Shown here piece by piece: positions 50,747 through 62,056 of a stretch of DNA of 64,000 nucleotides. Origin of the DNA: Nitrosopumilus sp. (GTDB lineage Archaea; Thermoproteota; Nitrososphaeria; Nitrososphaerales; Nitrosopumilaceae); NCBI GenBank assembly GCA_965218695.1, contig OZ244651.1:1632001-1696000 (forward strand), given 5' to 3'. The first letter of the stretch is position 1. The number at the start of each line of letters is the position of its first letter. The notes under the pieces are model-generated. The model searched no databases, was not told where the DNA came from, and saw nothing but the letters and a program-made list of their open reading frames with translations. The position numbers and the translations under genes were made by a program.

Positions 50747-52900
50747 CTACCTGATCCTTTTCAGTTCGGACTTTATTTTGTTTGCAAGCACGGGTCCTAT
50801 CTTGTCGACTTCTGCAAGCTTTTTTGGAGTGACCTCGGAGAGATCCTTGAGGGTCCTGATCCCGCTCTTGTATAGCGCCCTTGCCCTCACCCGGCCTATC
50901 CCCCTTATGCGCACAAGGCCCACAAGCTCCTCGTTAATTCCGTTGACCACCCGGGTTCTCAGCGTGTTAACCTCCTCGAGCAGCTCGGTCCGGTCTGCAA
51001 TCTTTGAGATCTCTCCCAGGCAGTAGAGGAGCCGGTCTGCGTTCTCGACCAGCCTGTGCATGTCGCCTGACTCGATTCCCAGGCTGTCAGATATGACAAG
51101 CTCGGATGACTCTGATATCCATGAATGAAGCGCAAGCAGGCTTCGGGACACGTGATGGGCGGCAGCATCAGCAGCAGCAGCAGCTGCAGGCACGGACTCT
51201 AGCATCTGTTCGGGGTGGCTCTCAACGAGCGCCTGCGCCAGGTCATGATCCCTGCTCCTGAGGGCAAACTTTGGATAAAACTCCTCGCATTCGGTCACCA
51301 GGTGCAGGAACCCAAGCGTGTGCGTTCCCGGGGTCGTCGCGTCCCTTGCAGCCTCAAGGAGGGTCGTGGCAGTCACGGGATCAAGGTACAGCAGGGACGT
51401 CCTTCTTCCCAGCCGGGTTGCAGCATACCTGCCGCCCTTTTGTACTATCATGGAGCTGCTAGCGAGGAGCCGCAGCGATATGTTCACGCCGAACTTGACA
51501 GAGGATGTGCGGGACTGCTGCCCCCCCAGCGTCCCCATGAAAAAGTCCAAGATGTCCTCTTTCTTTATTCCCGGGTTCGTGACGATTACGCTGAGCGTGT
51601 GTATCCTCAGGGACCGGTCATCCATCATCTGGGACTCGATCGGTTCAGGCTCACCGTTGACATAGTACTCCATGAGATCCCCGTACGTGTCAGTCTCGAT
51701 CACTATGGACTCCCCGTACTCGTCGTACTGGGGCCGTCCGGCCCTTCCGCACAGCTGCTTGTACTCCAGCACGCTGATCGGCGCGTTCATGCCCGCCCTG
51801 ACGTCATACCTGCTGACACTTGATATCACCACCCTTCTTGCAGGCAGGTTGACTCCTGCAGCAAGCGTGGGAGTCGACGAGAGCAGCTTGATCGTTCCCC
51901 TTCGGAACTCGTCTTCGATCGTCTCCCTGCAGTTCTGGTTCAGTCCGGCGTGGTGGAATGCAACGCCCTTTTTGACCAGTGTGGCAAGCGTCGTTACCAG
52001 TTCGGTGTGCTCATTCTTTGACATGATGTCGCCTGACACCTTCTCAAGCCTGCCGGCGTCTGCTGCCTTGAGGGTACCCGATACTGCGTCTGCTGCCTTC
52101 GTCGCAAGGGACTTTGAGCGGATGCGCGTCGATGCAAATATCAGGGACTGCCCCCCGTCAAGCACCGACTGCACGCCAAGGTCCACCGGCGTCCCCCGCA
52201 CGCTGTGCGGAACCTCGAATGTCCGGCCGTCATTCATCGTGACCACTCCCCCGCTGTACACCCCCTCTGAGAGCGGGACCGGCCTCCAGCTGTTCTGGAC
52301 CAGCTTGCACCCTAGCCATCTTGCTATCTCTTCTGAGTTGGTGACAGTGGCGCTCAGGCCCACTATCTGGGGGTTGGTGTTCAGCCGTCTGAGCTGCGTG
52401 AGCGTCATCTCAAGGGCGGGGCCCCTTCCCCGGTCCCCTATCAGGTGCACCTCGTCAGATATTACCAGCCCTATATCCTCAAGCCAGTCCTCGCCGCGCC
52501 TTATTATGGAGTCCATCTTTTCATTGGTCAGGACCAGCACGTCGTTCTTGTCCAGGTTTCGCCGGGAGCCCTCGTAGTCACCGGTGTCCATTCCCACCCG
52601 GATGCTCCTCTCAAGGGCGACGTTCTGGAGCTCCCGAAACTCTGCAAACTTTTCTGCTGCGAGGGCGCGCAGCGGACTGAGATATACCACCTTCCCGCCG
52701 TTCCCGGAGAGGTATCCCAGCATCGCAATCATCGCAATCAGGGTCTTTCCGCTTGCCGTGGGCGCAGACACCAGGATGCTCTCCCCCTCAAGCAGGCCGG
52801 CCCTTACGCTTGCCGCCTGCGGCGGGTACAGCTCCTCAAACCCCTGCGACATGAGAAACTCGATTGCTGGGTTGGGAAGTTTCAGGTTCTCTATTTTCAT
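50747..52900 (-). CDS. hel308: Ski2-like helicase Hel308
   Basis: APTASGKT, DEVH, SAT, FHHAGL, GRAGRPQYD, C-terminal HhH. Confidence 0.93.
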   Translation of the reverse strand: MKIENLKLPNPAIEFLMSQGFEELYPPQAASVRAGLLEGESILVSAPTASGKTLIAMIAMLGYLSGNGGKVVYLSPLRALAAEKFAEFRELQNVALERSIRVGMDTGDYEGSRRNLDKNDVLVLTNEKMDSIIRRGEDWLEDIGLVISDEVHLIGDRGRGPALEMTLTQLRRLNTNPQIVGLSATVTNSEEIARWLGCKLVQNSWRPVPLSEGVYSGGVVTMNDGRTFEVPHSVRGTPVDLGVQSVLDGGQSLIFASTRIRSKSLATKAADAVSGTLKAADAGRLEKVSGDIMSKNEHTELVTTLATLVKKGVAFHHAGLNQNCRETIEDEFRRGTIKLLSSTPTLAAGVNLPARRVVISSVSRYDVRAGMNAPISVLEYKQLCGRAGRPQYDEYGESIVIETDTYGDLMEYYVNGEPEPIESQMMDDRSLRIHTLSVIVTNPGIKKEDILDFFMGTLGGQQSRTSSVKFGVNISLRLLASSSMIVQKGGRYAATRLGRRTSLLYLDPVTATTLLEAARDATTPGTHTLGFLHLVTECEEFYPKFALRSRDHDLAQALVESHPEQMLESVPAAAAAADAAAHHVSRSLLALHSWISESSELVISDSLGIESGDMHRLVENADRLLYCLGEISKIADRTELLEEVNTLRTRVVNGINEELVGLVRIRGIGRVRARALYKSGIRTLKDLSEVTPKKLAEVDKIGPVLANKIKSELKRIR

Positions 52901-54993
52901 ACCCGGTTATAGTGGCCTGGCCTTGATTCATAAATAGTTCCATCTCTCTGCATCCTTCGGATGTACTCCCTTGCCTCCTCCTCGGTAAACTTTTCAGTCT
53001 TTTCGAGCTCCTTGACAAATGTTCTCTCCTCCACGGGTATCTTGTTGTCACCCTCTAGCGACTTTAGCACGTCCACGAACAGATGCATCTTGGATACCTC
53101 GCTTCTTGGCTTTCCCTGCAAGACGCCCAAGTCCACCTTGCCGGTGTTGACATCCACGCCTGCGTCCTGCAGCATGCTCTGAATCAGGAATATGGCGCGC
53201 TCTGCATCCTCCTCCTCTACTATGTCCTTCATCAGCAGCCTGGCTCTTGCCGTGGAGAGCCTGATTATTCCCTCCAGTTGTCTGGGAGTTACTGTGATCA
53301 TCTCCTCTGATTCCACGTTCCTCATCTGAAGGTAGTAGTCCAGTATCTTCTCCTCTGCCTCCTTTGTCAGGCTGGGCGCAGAGCGCTTTGCATACGAGAG
53401 GTATTTTGTAAGCAGATCCACGTCGATCACCGAGCGCCTGTCTGTCCCCTTGGGGGTGTGCAGCTCTATGATGTGCCTTGCAATCACCTCGTCCCTCTCC
53501 CGTGCAGGTATGTCCCTTACTACAAATATCAGGTCAAAACGCGTCAGAAGCGGGATCGGCAGGTTGACGTTTTCTGTGATGTTCTTGAAGGGATCGTACT
53601 TGCCGTACATCGGGTTGGCAGCAGCCAAGATGGATGTCCTTGCATTGAGCGTGGCCACGATTCCCCCCTTTGCTATGCTTGCAGACTGCTGCTCCATGAC
53701 CTCGTGCAGCGCGCTTCTGTCCTCGGCCTTCATCTTGTCAAACTCGTCGATGCTGACCAGTCCCTGATCGCCGAGCACGACGGCACCTGCCTCGAGCATC
53801 ATGATTCCCGTCTTGTCCCGGACTACGGCAGCTGTCAGGCCCGCCGCAGTGGAGCCCCTGCCCGACGTGTACAGGCCGCGCGGGGCGATCCTTGAGCAGA
53901 ACTTTAGCATCTCGCTCTTTGCGGTTCCCGGATCCCCCACCAGAAACACGTTGATGTCGCCCCGAATCTTGCTTCCGTCCACCAATATTCTCTGGTTGGA
54001 GCCTACGATCAGCAGCAGTATGGCCTCCTTGATCAGCGACTGGCCCTGGATGTGCGGCGCAAACGAGTCTATCAGCCTCTGGTATACGTCCGGACTCTGG
54101 GCCAGGGCCCTGATCGTCTTCTCATCCTCCGGGGCGATCTCCTCCCTCTCAATCTTGCGCGAGGTCTTTGTGCCCCGGCCGCCCAGGAACTCTACGTTGT
54201 TTCCCTCGATTCTCAGCCTGTACAGTCCGCTGTGCCCCCTCTGGACGCCTGCCACGGACTCCTGCTCTACCCGGACCAGCCCGGTAAGAATTATCCTGTC
54301 TCCCGGCCTTGCGCTGTTCACCAGATCCTGCTTGATCGAGACATCGATGTAGTGGGGCAGCTGTCCGGGCGGCAGATCCTCCGGAAGCTCCTGCAGCCTG
54401 AGAATCTGAAAGTCGATAAACCTGCTCTCCTCTGGTTTTAGCTCAAACTCGCGGTGCTTGCACTCCGTATTGCTGCACCTCACAGGGGTTGAGACGTCCA
54501 TTCCCTTTATCCGGACCACCCTGTTGGGGTGTTCGTCGGGACAGACAAAGAGCAGCTCCTTGGCAAGCGGCTTTACCTCAGAGGCCCTCACCACCATCCC
54601 AGACACGCTGGTTATGGTCCCTATGGTCTCTGCATTGATCTGCCGCAGGCTCCGCTCCAGCGGGTAGTTGACTATTCTGACGCGGATCTCGTCTTTGATC
54701 TTCTCGGCATACTCGGGGAACCTTGTCTGGAGGGCCTCCTTGATTGCATTTGAGAACGTCTCAAGGATGCGGTCAGGATTCTCCGTAAACATGGCCTCGA
54801 TCTCGGGCTGTGTCACCAGGTCGTTATAGTCCACGATGATATACTTTGCATCCTTTGGCATCATCTGGTCTATCGCATCCAGGTACCGGTATGCGCCGTC
54901 CCTGTCTTTGAACCTGACAAGAAACTGCTTTACCAGATCAGACAGCGCAGAGTCGCTAAACGTCCTGACCTGCGTCTCACTCATGGGCGACAT
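52897..54993 (-). CDS. mcm: Replicative helicase MCM
   Basis: GDPGTAKS, IDEFDKM, TRFD; no intein. Confidence 0.97.
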   Translation of the reverse strand: MSPMSETQVRTFSDSALSDLVKQFLVRFKDRDGAYRYLDAIDQMMPKDAKYIIVDYNDLVTQPEIEAMFTENPDRILETFSNAIKEALQTRFPEYAEKIKDEIRVRIVNYPLERSLRQINAETIGTITSVSGMVVRASEVKPLAKELLFVCPDEHPNRVVRIKGMDVSTPVRCSNTECKHREFELKPEESRFIDFQILRLQELPEDLPPGQLPHYIDVSIKQDLVNSARPGDRIILTGLVRVEQESVAGVQRGHSGLYRLRIEGNNVEFLGGRGTKTSRKIEREEIAPEDEKTIRALAQSPDVYQRLIDSFAPHIQGQSLIKEAILLLIVGSNQRILVDGSKIRGDINVFLVGDPGTAKSEMLKFCSRIAPRGLYTSGRGSTAAGLTAAVVRDKTGIMMLEAGAVVLGDQGLVSIDEFDKMKAEDRSALHEVMEQQSASIAKGGIVATLNARTSILAAANPMYGKYDPFKNITENVNLPIPLLTRFDLIFVVRDIPARERDEVIARHIIELHTPKGTDRRSVIDVDLLTKYLSYAKRSAPSLTKEAEEKILDYYLQMRNVESEEMITVTPRQLEGIIRLSTARARLLMKDIVEEEDAERAIFLIQSMLQDAGVDVNTGKVDLGVLQGKPRSEVSKMHLFVDVLKSLEGDNKIPVEERTFVKELEKTEKFTEEEAREYIRRMQRDGTIYESRPGHYNRV

Positions 54994-55507
54994 CCCTTAT
55001 CTGTGTCTCAAGGGCCTTGCTGTTCTCGTAGATGGTCCGATAAAAGATGCTCTCCTCCACAGTCAGCCTGCCGTACAGGTCCGAGTTCAGCTTGATAGAG
55101 TCTGCCAGCTTTACCAGCTTGCCGCGCCTCATCCTGAACAGCTCCAGCATCATGCTCTCGATCCTGTCAAAGTCGTCACGGGCAAGCTCCCTCATGGACT
55201 CTCTTAGCTTTATGTAAAAGTGGGAGTCAAGCGTGGCCATCTGGTACTCCCCGACCATCTTCTCCTTTGCAAGGGCCTGTTTGAGCTCGGTAATCATGTC
55301 AGGCGATTCCAGCACCCCGAGATTGTTCTTGGTAAGAATCTTTCCCAGCCACCGCGGTATGTTGTTGACCTCGCCCTGGGTTCCCTTTACCTTGGTGCCG
55401 GCAACGTCGAATCCAAAGTCCCGGCCGACGGTAAACTTTGCATCCTTTAGGCCATATCCGATCGAGTGTAACCTTTCCACGCTGCCAATATCCATCAAAA
55501 TTACCAT
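54977..55507 (-). CDS. GINS complex protein (Gins23-like)
   Basis: IPRWLG, FY, R.RRGKLV; directly upstream of mcm. Confidence 0.85.
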   Translation of the reverse strand: MVILMDIGSVERLHSIGYGLKDAKFTVGRDFGFDVAGTKVKGTQGEVNNIPRWLGKILTKNNLGVLESPDMITELKQALAKEKMVGEYQMATLDSHFYIKLRESMRELARDDFDRIESMMLELFRMRRGKLVKLADSIKLNSDLYGRLTVEESIFYRTIYENSKALETQIRDVAHE

Positions 55508-55790
55508 TCCCTCACTGAAGACTCAATTAGTACAGCATTGACAGTTAGAATCAACAAAGTTGTAAGTAGAATTTAGTCCAGCGTTCAAGTTGCCCATACC
55601 GTACATTGGGCACACGTCTGCATTTTAGATGCGGGTTATAGTGTAATACCCAACAGGGTGAATACGCCCAGAGCGTGTCCAGGCCGGCGCGATACGCGCA
55701 GGATTCATGCCTGCCCCCGGGCGTGCCGGCCAGAATCACTACTGCAGCAAATCTGCCCGATTTATTAGTGGGAATCACGTGCGTACCATC

Positions 55791-56741
55791 ATGTCAGGCG
55801 CGGGCATGTGGGTGGAAAAGTATAGGCCCAAGACACTCTCAGAGGTAGTCAACCAGACAGACATAATTGGGAGTCTAGAGGCGTTGATCAAGGATCCCAC
55901 GGACATGCCGCATCTTCTGTTCTCGGGTTCTGCAGGAGTGGGCAAGACGACCACGGCCATGTGCATTGCCAGGCAGATCCTCGGGGACCACTCCAAGGAA
56001 TACACCCTTGAGCTTAACGCCTCTGACGAGAGGGGAATCGAGATGGTAAGGGAGAGGGTAAAGAGGTTCTCAAGGTTTGCAGTCATGAGCGACCTGCCGT
56101 TCAAGATCATAATACTGGACGAGGCAGACGAGATGACTTCCGGCGCCCAGACGGCGCTGCGGAGGATCATCGAGGACACTGCAAGGACGTGCAGGTTCAT
56201 CCTGATTGCAAACAACGTATCAAAGATCATAGATCCGCTGCAGAGCAGGTGCGCCACATTCAAGTTCACATCCGTTGCAGAAGGCGATGTCATAGCAAGA
56301 CTCGAGGAGATCGCAGGGAGGGAGGGCGTCTCCGCTGACAGGAACGGCCTCAAGGCAGTCTATGGCTACTCGGAGGGGGACATGAGGCATGCAATCAACA
56401 TCATGCAGGCTGCTGCAAGCCTCGGCCCGATTACAGAGGAGAGCGTCAAGGCATCTGCCGGGCTGACAAGAACCTCCGATGTCGACACCGTTCTGAAGGC
56501 GGCGCTGTCAGGCAGGCTGGCCGAGGCAAGGGAGAAGATGATCGAGCTGATCCGGGTGTATGGAATGTCCGAGTCGGACTTTCTCAAGTATATCAACTCT
56601 GCAGTGTTCAAGTCAGGGCACGACAGGCTCCCGGAGATTCTTGAGATTATTGCAAGGTACGACTACCGGGTGCTGGTGGGCGCAAACTCGGAGATCCAGC
56701 TCTCTGCAATGCTTGCAGAGCTTGGAACCCTGAGGGACTGA
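55791..56741 (+). CDS. rfcS: Replication factor C small subunit
   Basis: WVEKYRP, GSAGVGKT, LELNASDERG, DEAD, QSRC. Confidence 0.96.
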   Translation: MSGAGMWVEKYRPKTLSEVVNQTDIIGSLEALIKDPTDMPHLLFSGSAGVGKTTTAMCIARQILGDHSKEYTLELNASDERGIEMVRERVKRFSRFAVMSDLPFKIIILDEADEMTSGAQTALRRIIEDTARTCRFILIANNVSKIIDPLQSRCATFKFTSVAEGDVIARLEEIAGREGVSADRNGLKAVYGYSEGDMRHAINIMQAAASLGPITEESVKASAGLTRTSDVDTVLKAALSGRLAEAREKMIELIRVYGMSESDFLKYINSAVFKSGHDRLPEILEIIARYDYRVLVGANSEIQLSAMLAELGTLRD

Positions 56742-56778
56742 GCCACCAAGGCCGGCAGCAGGCATGGTTGGAATAAGG

Positions 56779-56862
56779 CGCAGAGAGAGGGATTTGAACC
56801 CCCGTATGCTTGCACACACAGGCTCTCAAGGCCCGCGCCCTACCGAGCTAGGCGACCTCTGC
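56779..56862 (-). tRNA. tRNA-Ser (TGA)
   Basis: Anticodon arm CGGGC-CTTGAGA-GCCTG, long variable arm, G discriminator. Confidence 0.92.
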
Positions 56863-57001
56863 AAGGACTTGTAAATGGCGGTGGTTAAAATTTGTTGAGG
56901 ATCTCTCTTTATGTGGCAGGATCAGGGCTGGTTGGGAACGGTGCTGAGCGGCATGCCGTCTAGTGTCGTGTCTTAAAAATAAGAAAAAGGAAGAGATTTC
57001 C

Positions 57002-57538
57002 TTAATGGAGTGAGTGTGGACTGCTACCGGAGCTTGGCATCACGACGTACGTGCCTGCCTCCTTCTCATGGTATTCCAGGTATGATGGCTCGATCAGAAT
57101 TGCATGTGTTGGGCATACCTCCTGACAGGCCATGCACTGTGTACAGTCGTGCTCCCTGATTGGTTGCGACTTGTCCGAGTAGTCTAGACGCTCATCCTGC
57201 TCTGTCCCGCCTGTTCCATCAAACGTGGCATTAAGACAATCGGCTGCAGGAATGTCCTGCTCAGTTCTGTACCACTGGAAGGTCTGTACCGGACAGACGA
57301 TCATACATTCGCCTGCTGCGATGCAGGAGTCCCAGTCTACGGCGACAGTCGTTCCGTGGATACCGAGTGGGACCTGTTCCTCCCCTCTCTCCTCGTATGC
57401 TGCAAGGACATTCTCGTCTGAGAATGCCTCACCGTCGGTCCTGCCTTCGCCCCAGATAAAGTGAAGATTCTCACCGTCTGAGTGGTTGGTCTGTCCAACT
57501 ACTTCTAGATTTTCAACAAACTTTTCGTCTATTGGCAT
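57002..57538 (-). CDS. Dicluster ferredoxin related to Sulfolobus-type zinc ferredoxin
   Basis: CIAAGECMIVCP and CTQCMACQEVCP. Confidence 0.9.
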   Translation of the reverse strand: MPIDEKFVENLEVVGQTNHSDGENLHFIWGEGRTDGEAFSDENVLAAYEERGEEQVPLGIHGTTVAVDWDSCIAAGECMIVCPVQTFQWYRTEQDIPAADCLNATFDGTGGTEQDERLDYSDKSQPIREHDCTQCMACQEVCPTHAILIEPSYLEYHEKEAGTYVVMPSSGSSPHSLH

Positions 57539-57620
57539 AGACTCTTTTATTTTCGATTATTATTTAAATCTAGACAAAATTAGTCACGACTAAATCGGAG
57601 TTTTAGAGAACATGTGGGCA

Positions 57621-58133
<513 letters not shown>

Positions 58134-58351
58134 TCAACATCGGCGTGAATGTTATTTAAAGATAGATGATGTCGATGTAGGTTCGGGTCGACGCCGGCCA
58201 CGCCCGTCAGGCCGTCATGTATTCACAGGGACACGGTAGGCCTTGGCGTGGTTTTGCAGGCACGATACGGAGCCGGTCGTGGCCACCACCGGCGGCATTC
58301 CCCTGGGATCTGCCCGATCCGGCAATTACGAATGCACGGGCAGAACCCGCT

Positions 58352-59896
58352 GTATGAATTCACCTGTCCTTCCTGTCACAAAAAAATGATCATACTGATC
58401 CATATGCTGGCAATACACATCACTTTACATGGTAAATTCACGGCACATGAGCAGGGACCAGCTAAAAGAGGAACTCCTAGCACGGAACCGGGAGATTGCC
58501 ACCCTCAAATCCGATCTTGAGAAGGCACTTGGCAGGATAGAACGTCTTGAAAGGGCCTTGGGGTACAGCGAACGCCTCATGACATACTATACAAACCCCA
58601 ACACGCCGCCCTCATCTGAATCCCTGGAATGGAAGGCCCAGAAGAGGGAGCGGGCAAAAAAACAGGAAAAGGAGGGCAAATCCAAGCGCGGGGGAAGAAA
58701 GGGACACGCGGGGGCGTCGCGCCCCCACGACCCGGAAAGGACCGTATCCCACAGGTTCGGGCGCAGGAAGTCGGGCAGGAGGCGGGTGCCGGTGCTCCCG
58801 GAATGCGGGTGCGGCGGCGGCGGCGGCCGGATGGCGATTGGCAGTCCGCGCGTGCGGGACATCACGGACATCAGGGTGACTGCGTGCGAGACGCGGCACC
58901 GCGTGGAGACTGCAGTATGCGGCTCATGCGGCCGCAGGGAAGATGCTCCAAACGACCTGCCGCGGCGGGGCAACTTCGGCAAGGGCATGGTCGGACTCGT
59001 CTCAGAACTGCGCGCGGCACGGGTGCCGCTCAAGGGAATCTCGGTCGCGGTGCGCTCCATAACGGGCATTATGCTTGCAGGATCCACCGTCAACAACATC
59101 ATGGCACGCGTCGGGGACGCCTCGGGCCACGAGGCAGGCAGGATCCTCGGGGAAGTGGAGGCTTCTGACTGTGCCGGGTTTGACGAAACCAGCTGGCGAA
59201 ACGACGGCCAGAAGGTACACGCAAACGTGGCACAGTCGGGCAAAAACATCGCAATAAACATCAGCCAGAGCAGGGCCACGCTCATGCTCGATGCCATGGA
59301 CAAATTTGACGGGGTGGCGATAACTGACGGGTACACCGGATATGACAGGTTTGACAAGGACGGCATGCACCAGTCGTGCTGGGCGCACGACCTCCGGCAG
59401 ACAAGGCACCTGGCAGAAAAATACTGCGCCGTGCCTCCCGAGACCAAACGTGTCCGGCGGCGGCGGCAGCAGCTCCACGAGGACCACAAGTGGGTGTTTG
59501 AGAGGGCAAAACTGCTGGCCGCGCAGGAGGCGCGCTCGCCACAGCTGCGGCATACGATGAACCGCACCATGCAGGACGTGCTTGACCGGTACCGCGATGC
59601 CGGTGGTGGTGGTGACGATGACGACATGCAAAAGGTGCTGGACAAGCTCGAGAGGCACCTGCACCGCATGTTTGCGTTCCTGGAGCATCCCGGCGTCGAG
59701 CCTACAAACAACGCCAGCGAGAGGGCGCTGCGCTACCTGGTGGTGTTCCGCAAGATAAGCGGGCAGACCAAGGGCGGCTCCAAGGCCATGAAGCGCCTTG
59801 CAGATTTTGTCACGTGCGTCCTCACGTGGAGGGCACATGGCAAGAGCGTGGCCGAAGAAGTTGGTCGACTGATATAAGGGGCAGGTGAATTCATAC
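58352..59896 (+). mobile_element. Complete single-ORF IS66, copy 2 (1545 bp)
   Basis: Same TIRs as 20617-22161; 8-bp TSD AACCCGCT (58344-58351, 59897-59904). Confidence 0.96.
58429..59877 (+). CDS. IS66 transposase
   Basis: Differs from 20694-22142 at two visible residues. Confidence 0.93.
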   Translation: MVNSRHMSRDQLKEELLARNREIATLKSDLEKALGRIERLERALGYSERLMTYYTNPNTPPSSESLEWKAQKRERAKKQEKEGKSKRGGRKGHAGASRPHDPERTVSHRFGRRKSGRRRVPVLPECGCGGGGGRMAIGSPRVRDITDIRVTACETRHRVETAVCGSCGRREDAPNDLPRRGNFGKGMVGLVSELRAARVPLKGISVAVRSITGIMLAGSTVNNIMARVGDASGHEAGRILGEVEASDCAGFDETSWRNDGQKVHANVAQSGKNIAINISQSRATLMLDAMDKFDGVAITDGYTGYDRFDKDGMHQSCWAHDLRQTRHLAEKYCAVPPETKRVRRRRQQLHEDHKWVFERAKLLAAQEARSPQLRHTMNRTMQDVLDRYRDAGGGGDDDDMQKVLDKLERHLHRMFAFLEHPGVEPTNNASERALRYLVVFRKISGQTKGGSKAMKRLADFVTCVLTWRAHGKSVAEEVGRLI

Positions 59897-59945
59897 AACC
59901 CGCTTCAAACAAGATTCATAACGCACGACAGGGCCATCCGAGGAC

Positions 59946-60611
59946 ATGGATATCATCAAGTATGATGTGTACAGGGGATCAAACATAGGGGTGTACATCA
60001 GGACGAATGCGGATCTGGTTCTGATCCCGATGGGGTTTGCCAAGTCAAGGGCAGAGAAGCTGGGGGCGTACCTTGGAGTCAGATACATGTACATGTCAGT
60101 TGCAAACACCAGGCTGATGGGATCACTGTCGGTGATGAACAACAAGGGAATACTGCTGCCAAAGACGGCGTATCAAAACGAGTATGACCTCCTGAAGGAG
60201 GAGACTGATCTGGAGGTCGGCGTGCTGGATTCAAGGTTTACCGCGCTTGGAAACGTGATATGCGCAAACGACAGGGGAGCGGTGGTATCCCCGTGGCTCT
60301 CAGGCAGTGACTGCCAGACGATATCAGACGTGCTGGGAGTCGAGACGATTCAGAGAAAGATCGCAGGATTCAACCAGACAGGGGCAGTCATGGTTGCAAA
60401 CAACACCGGGGCTGCAATCCATCCAGAGGCAGACGAGAAGGACATGGAGATCTTTGCAAGCCTGCTGGGGGTAAAAGTCGAGCAGAGTTCCATAAACAAC
60501 GGTGTCCCCTATGTGGCATCGGGGATTCTTGCAAACGACAATGCCGTGGTGGTCGGAACGCTGACCACGGGTCCCGAGATAATGATGCTTACGAGGGCCT
60601 TTCTAAACTGA
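59946..60611 (+). CDS. eif6: Translation initiation factor aIF-6
   Basis: NIGVY, ALGNVICAND, VANNTGAAIHP, TTGPEI. Confidence 0.95.
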   Translation: MDIIKYDVYRGSNIGVYIRTNADLVLIPMGFAKSRAEKLGAYLGVRYMYMSVANTRLMGSLSVMNNKGILLPKTAYQNEYDLLKEETDLEVGVLDSRFTALGNVICANDRGAVVSPWLSGSDCQTISDVLGVETIQRKIAGFNQTGAVMVANNTGAAIHPEADEKDMEIFASLLGVKVEQSSINNGVPYVASGILANDNAVVVGTLTTGPEIMMLTRAFLN

Positions 60612-61875
60612 GGACGGATCTTGGATCCTCGGTGAGTTTTTCCAGGAGAATGACTCCCTCGGTGCCGTCCTGCATGTCACGCAGCACGACGCCCCCTTCT
60701 GCCAGTTCCTGCGGCCCCACAATTATGGCAAGCCTTGCGCTGCCTGCCATATCCATCTGCTTTTTAAGGCTTCTGCCTGCAAGATCCATGTCGGCATGTA
60801 TGCCGTTGAGCCGGAGGAGCGACGTGATGGAGGATGCGACCTTTTGCATCTCGTCGTTGACATAAAGTACCGCGACTCGTTCCCTGACAGGGGACGGCAC
60901 TATTCCCTGCTGATGCATCGTCAGGATTATCCTCTCCACGCCCCCTGCGACGCCGGATGCCCCGATGTCGTCCCTTCCAAAGGCCCGGGTCAGCGCGTCA
61001 TACCTGCCGCCGCCTGCCAGCGCGCCAAACCCGGAGCCCTCTGCAAACACCTCAAAGACGGTACCAGAGTAGTAGTCAAGCCCGCGGACTATGCCAAAGT
61101 TGATCCTGATATTTGAGACGCCCCTGTTCTCCAGGGATTCAAAGAGATTCTTCAGGTAGTCCCACCGCTCCAGATGGGCGGTGTCAAACATTTTTTCCAC
61201 CTCGGGTATGGTTCCCCTGACCTGGGAGAACTCCAGAACCATCTCCAGTTTCTGCCGGTCATATCCCTTTTCTTCAAATTCGTGCAGGATCTCTTTGTGT
61301 GACTTTTTTGATGTCTTGTCTACTGCGCGCAGGATGTCGGCGACCAGTCCGGGATCCTGCGATTCGAAGATCCTGTTGATGTACGACTCAACCAGGTCCC
61401 GGTGGCTGATCTCGATTGTGATTCCCTTTAGGAGCAGCGAGTCGAACAGCCGCGATGTCATCTCGATTATCTCGGATTCTGACTCCAGAGACGGCCTGCC
61501 GTAAATCTCCACATTCCACTGGTGAAAGTAGCGGTACCGCCCTTTCTGCGGCTCGTCATACCTGAAGACGCCCCCAAAGCTTGAGAGCTTGGCAGGGAGC
61601 CTCATGGACTTTTGGGATGCAATGTACCGGGTCAGCCCCATGGTAAAGTCAAAGCGCAGCGCCACCTCCCGCTCCCCCTTGTCCTCAAAGTAGTATATCT
61701 CCTCCCGGATTGCAGGTCCCGACTTGGTCTCTAGGGTAGAGAGCAGTTCTATGGGGGATGGCTGCATGAACGAGAACCCGTACAGGTCAGAGAGCCTCCG
61801 AAAGTGGTGCCGGACGTGCTCGATGTCTGCTGTTTCTGCGGCCTCAAAGTCCTTCATTCCGCGCGGCAGTTTCAA
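60589..61875 (-). CDS. hisS: Histidine--tRNA ligase
   Basis: PRGMKDF, FRYDEPQKGRYR, VRGLDYYSG, GGGRYD. Confidence 0.97.
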   Translation of the reverse strand: MKLPRGMKDFEAAETADIEHVRHHFRRLSDLYGFSFMQPSPIELLSTLETKSGPAIREEIYYFEDKGEREVALRFDFTMGLTRYIASQKSMRLPAKLSSFGGVFRYDEPQKGRYRYFHQWNVEIYGRPSLESESEIIEMTSRLFDSLLLKGITIEISHRDLVESYINRIFESQDPGLVADILRAVDKTSKKSHKEILHEFEEKGYDRQKLEMVLEFSQVRGTIPEVEKMFDTAHLERWDYLKNLFESLENRGVSNIRINFGIVRGLDYYSGTVFEVFAEGSGFGALAGGGRYDALTRAFGRDDIGASGVAGGVERIILTMHQQGIVPSPVRERVAVLYVNDEMQKVASSITSLLRLNGIHADMDLAGRSLKKQMDMAGSARLAIIVGPQELAEGGVVLRDMQDGTEGVILLEKLTEDPRSVLSLERPS

Positions 61876-62056
61876 ATTGTTCTTTGGTGAGGGATTGCGG
61901 ATTTAAGCATTGTCTAGCGAAGGCCCGGACACCAACCGTAGGATGAAGGCCGGGAATAAATGACGCACAGGATCATTTAGAAAATAGTGTAAAAATTGGT
62001 GCCAAAAACAGGGATTCAGATCAATATAGTTAAACCTGATAGTAACCAAAGACAAA

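Noticed and set aside
55510-55790. Possible ncRNA between GINS and rfcS
   Set aside because: No recognisable RNA motif; explained as a divergent promoter region.
52897-56741. Inteins in MCM or RFC
   Set aside because: Both proteins are normal length with contiguous Walker motifs.
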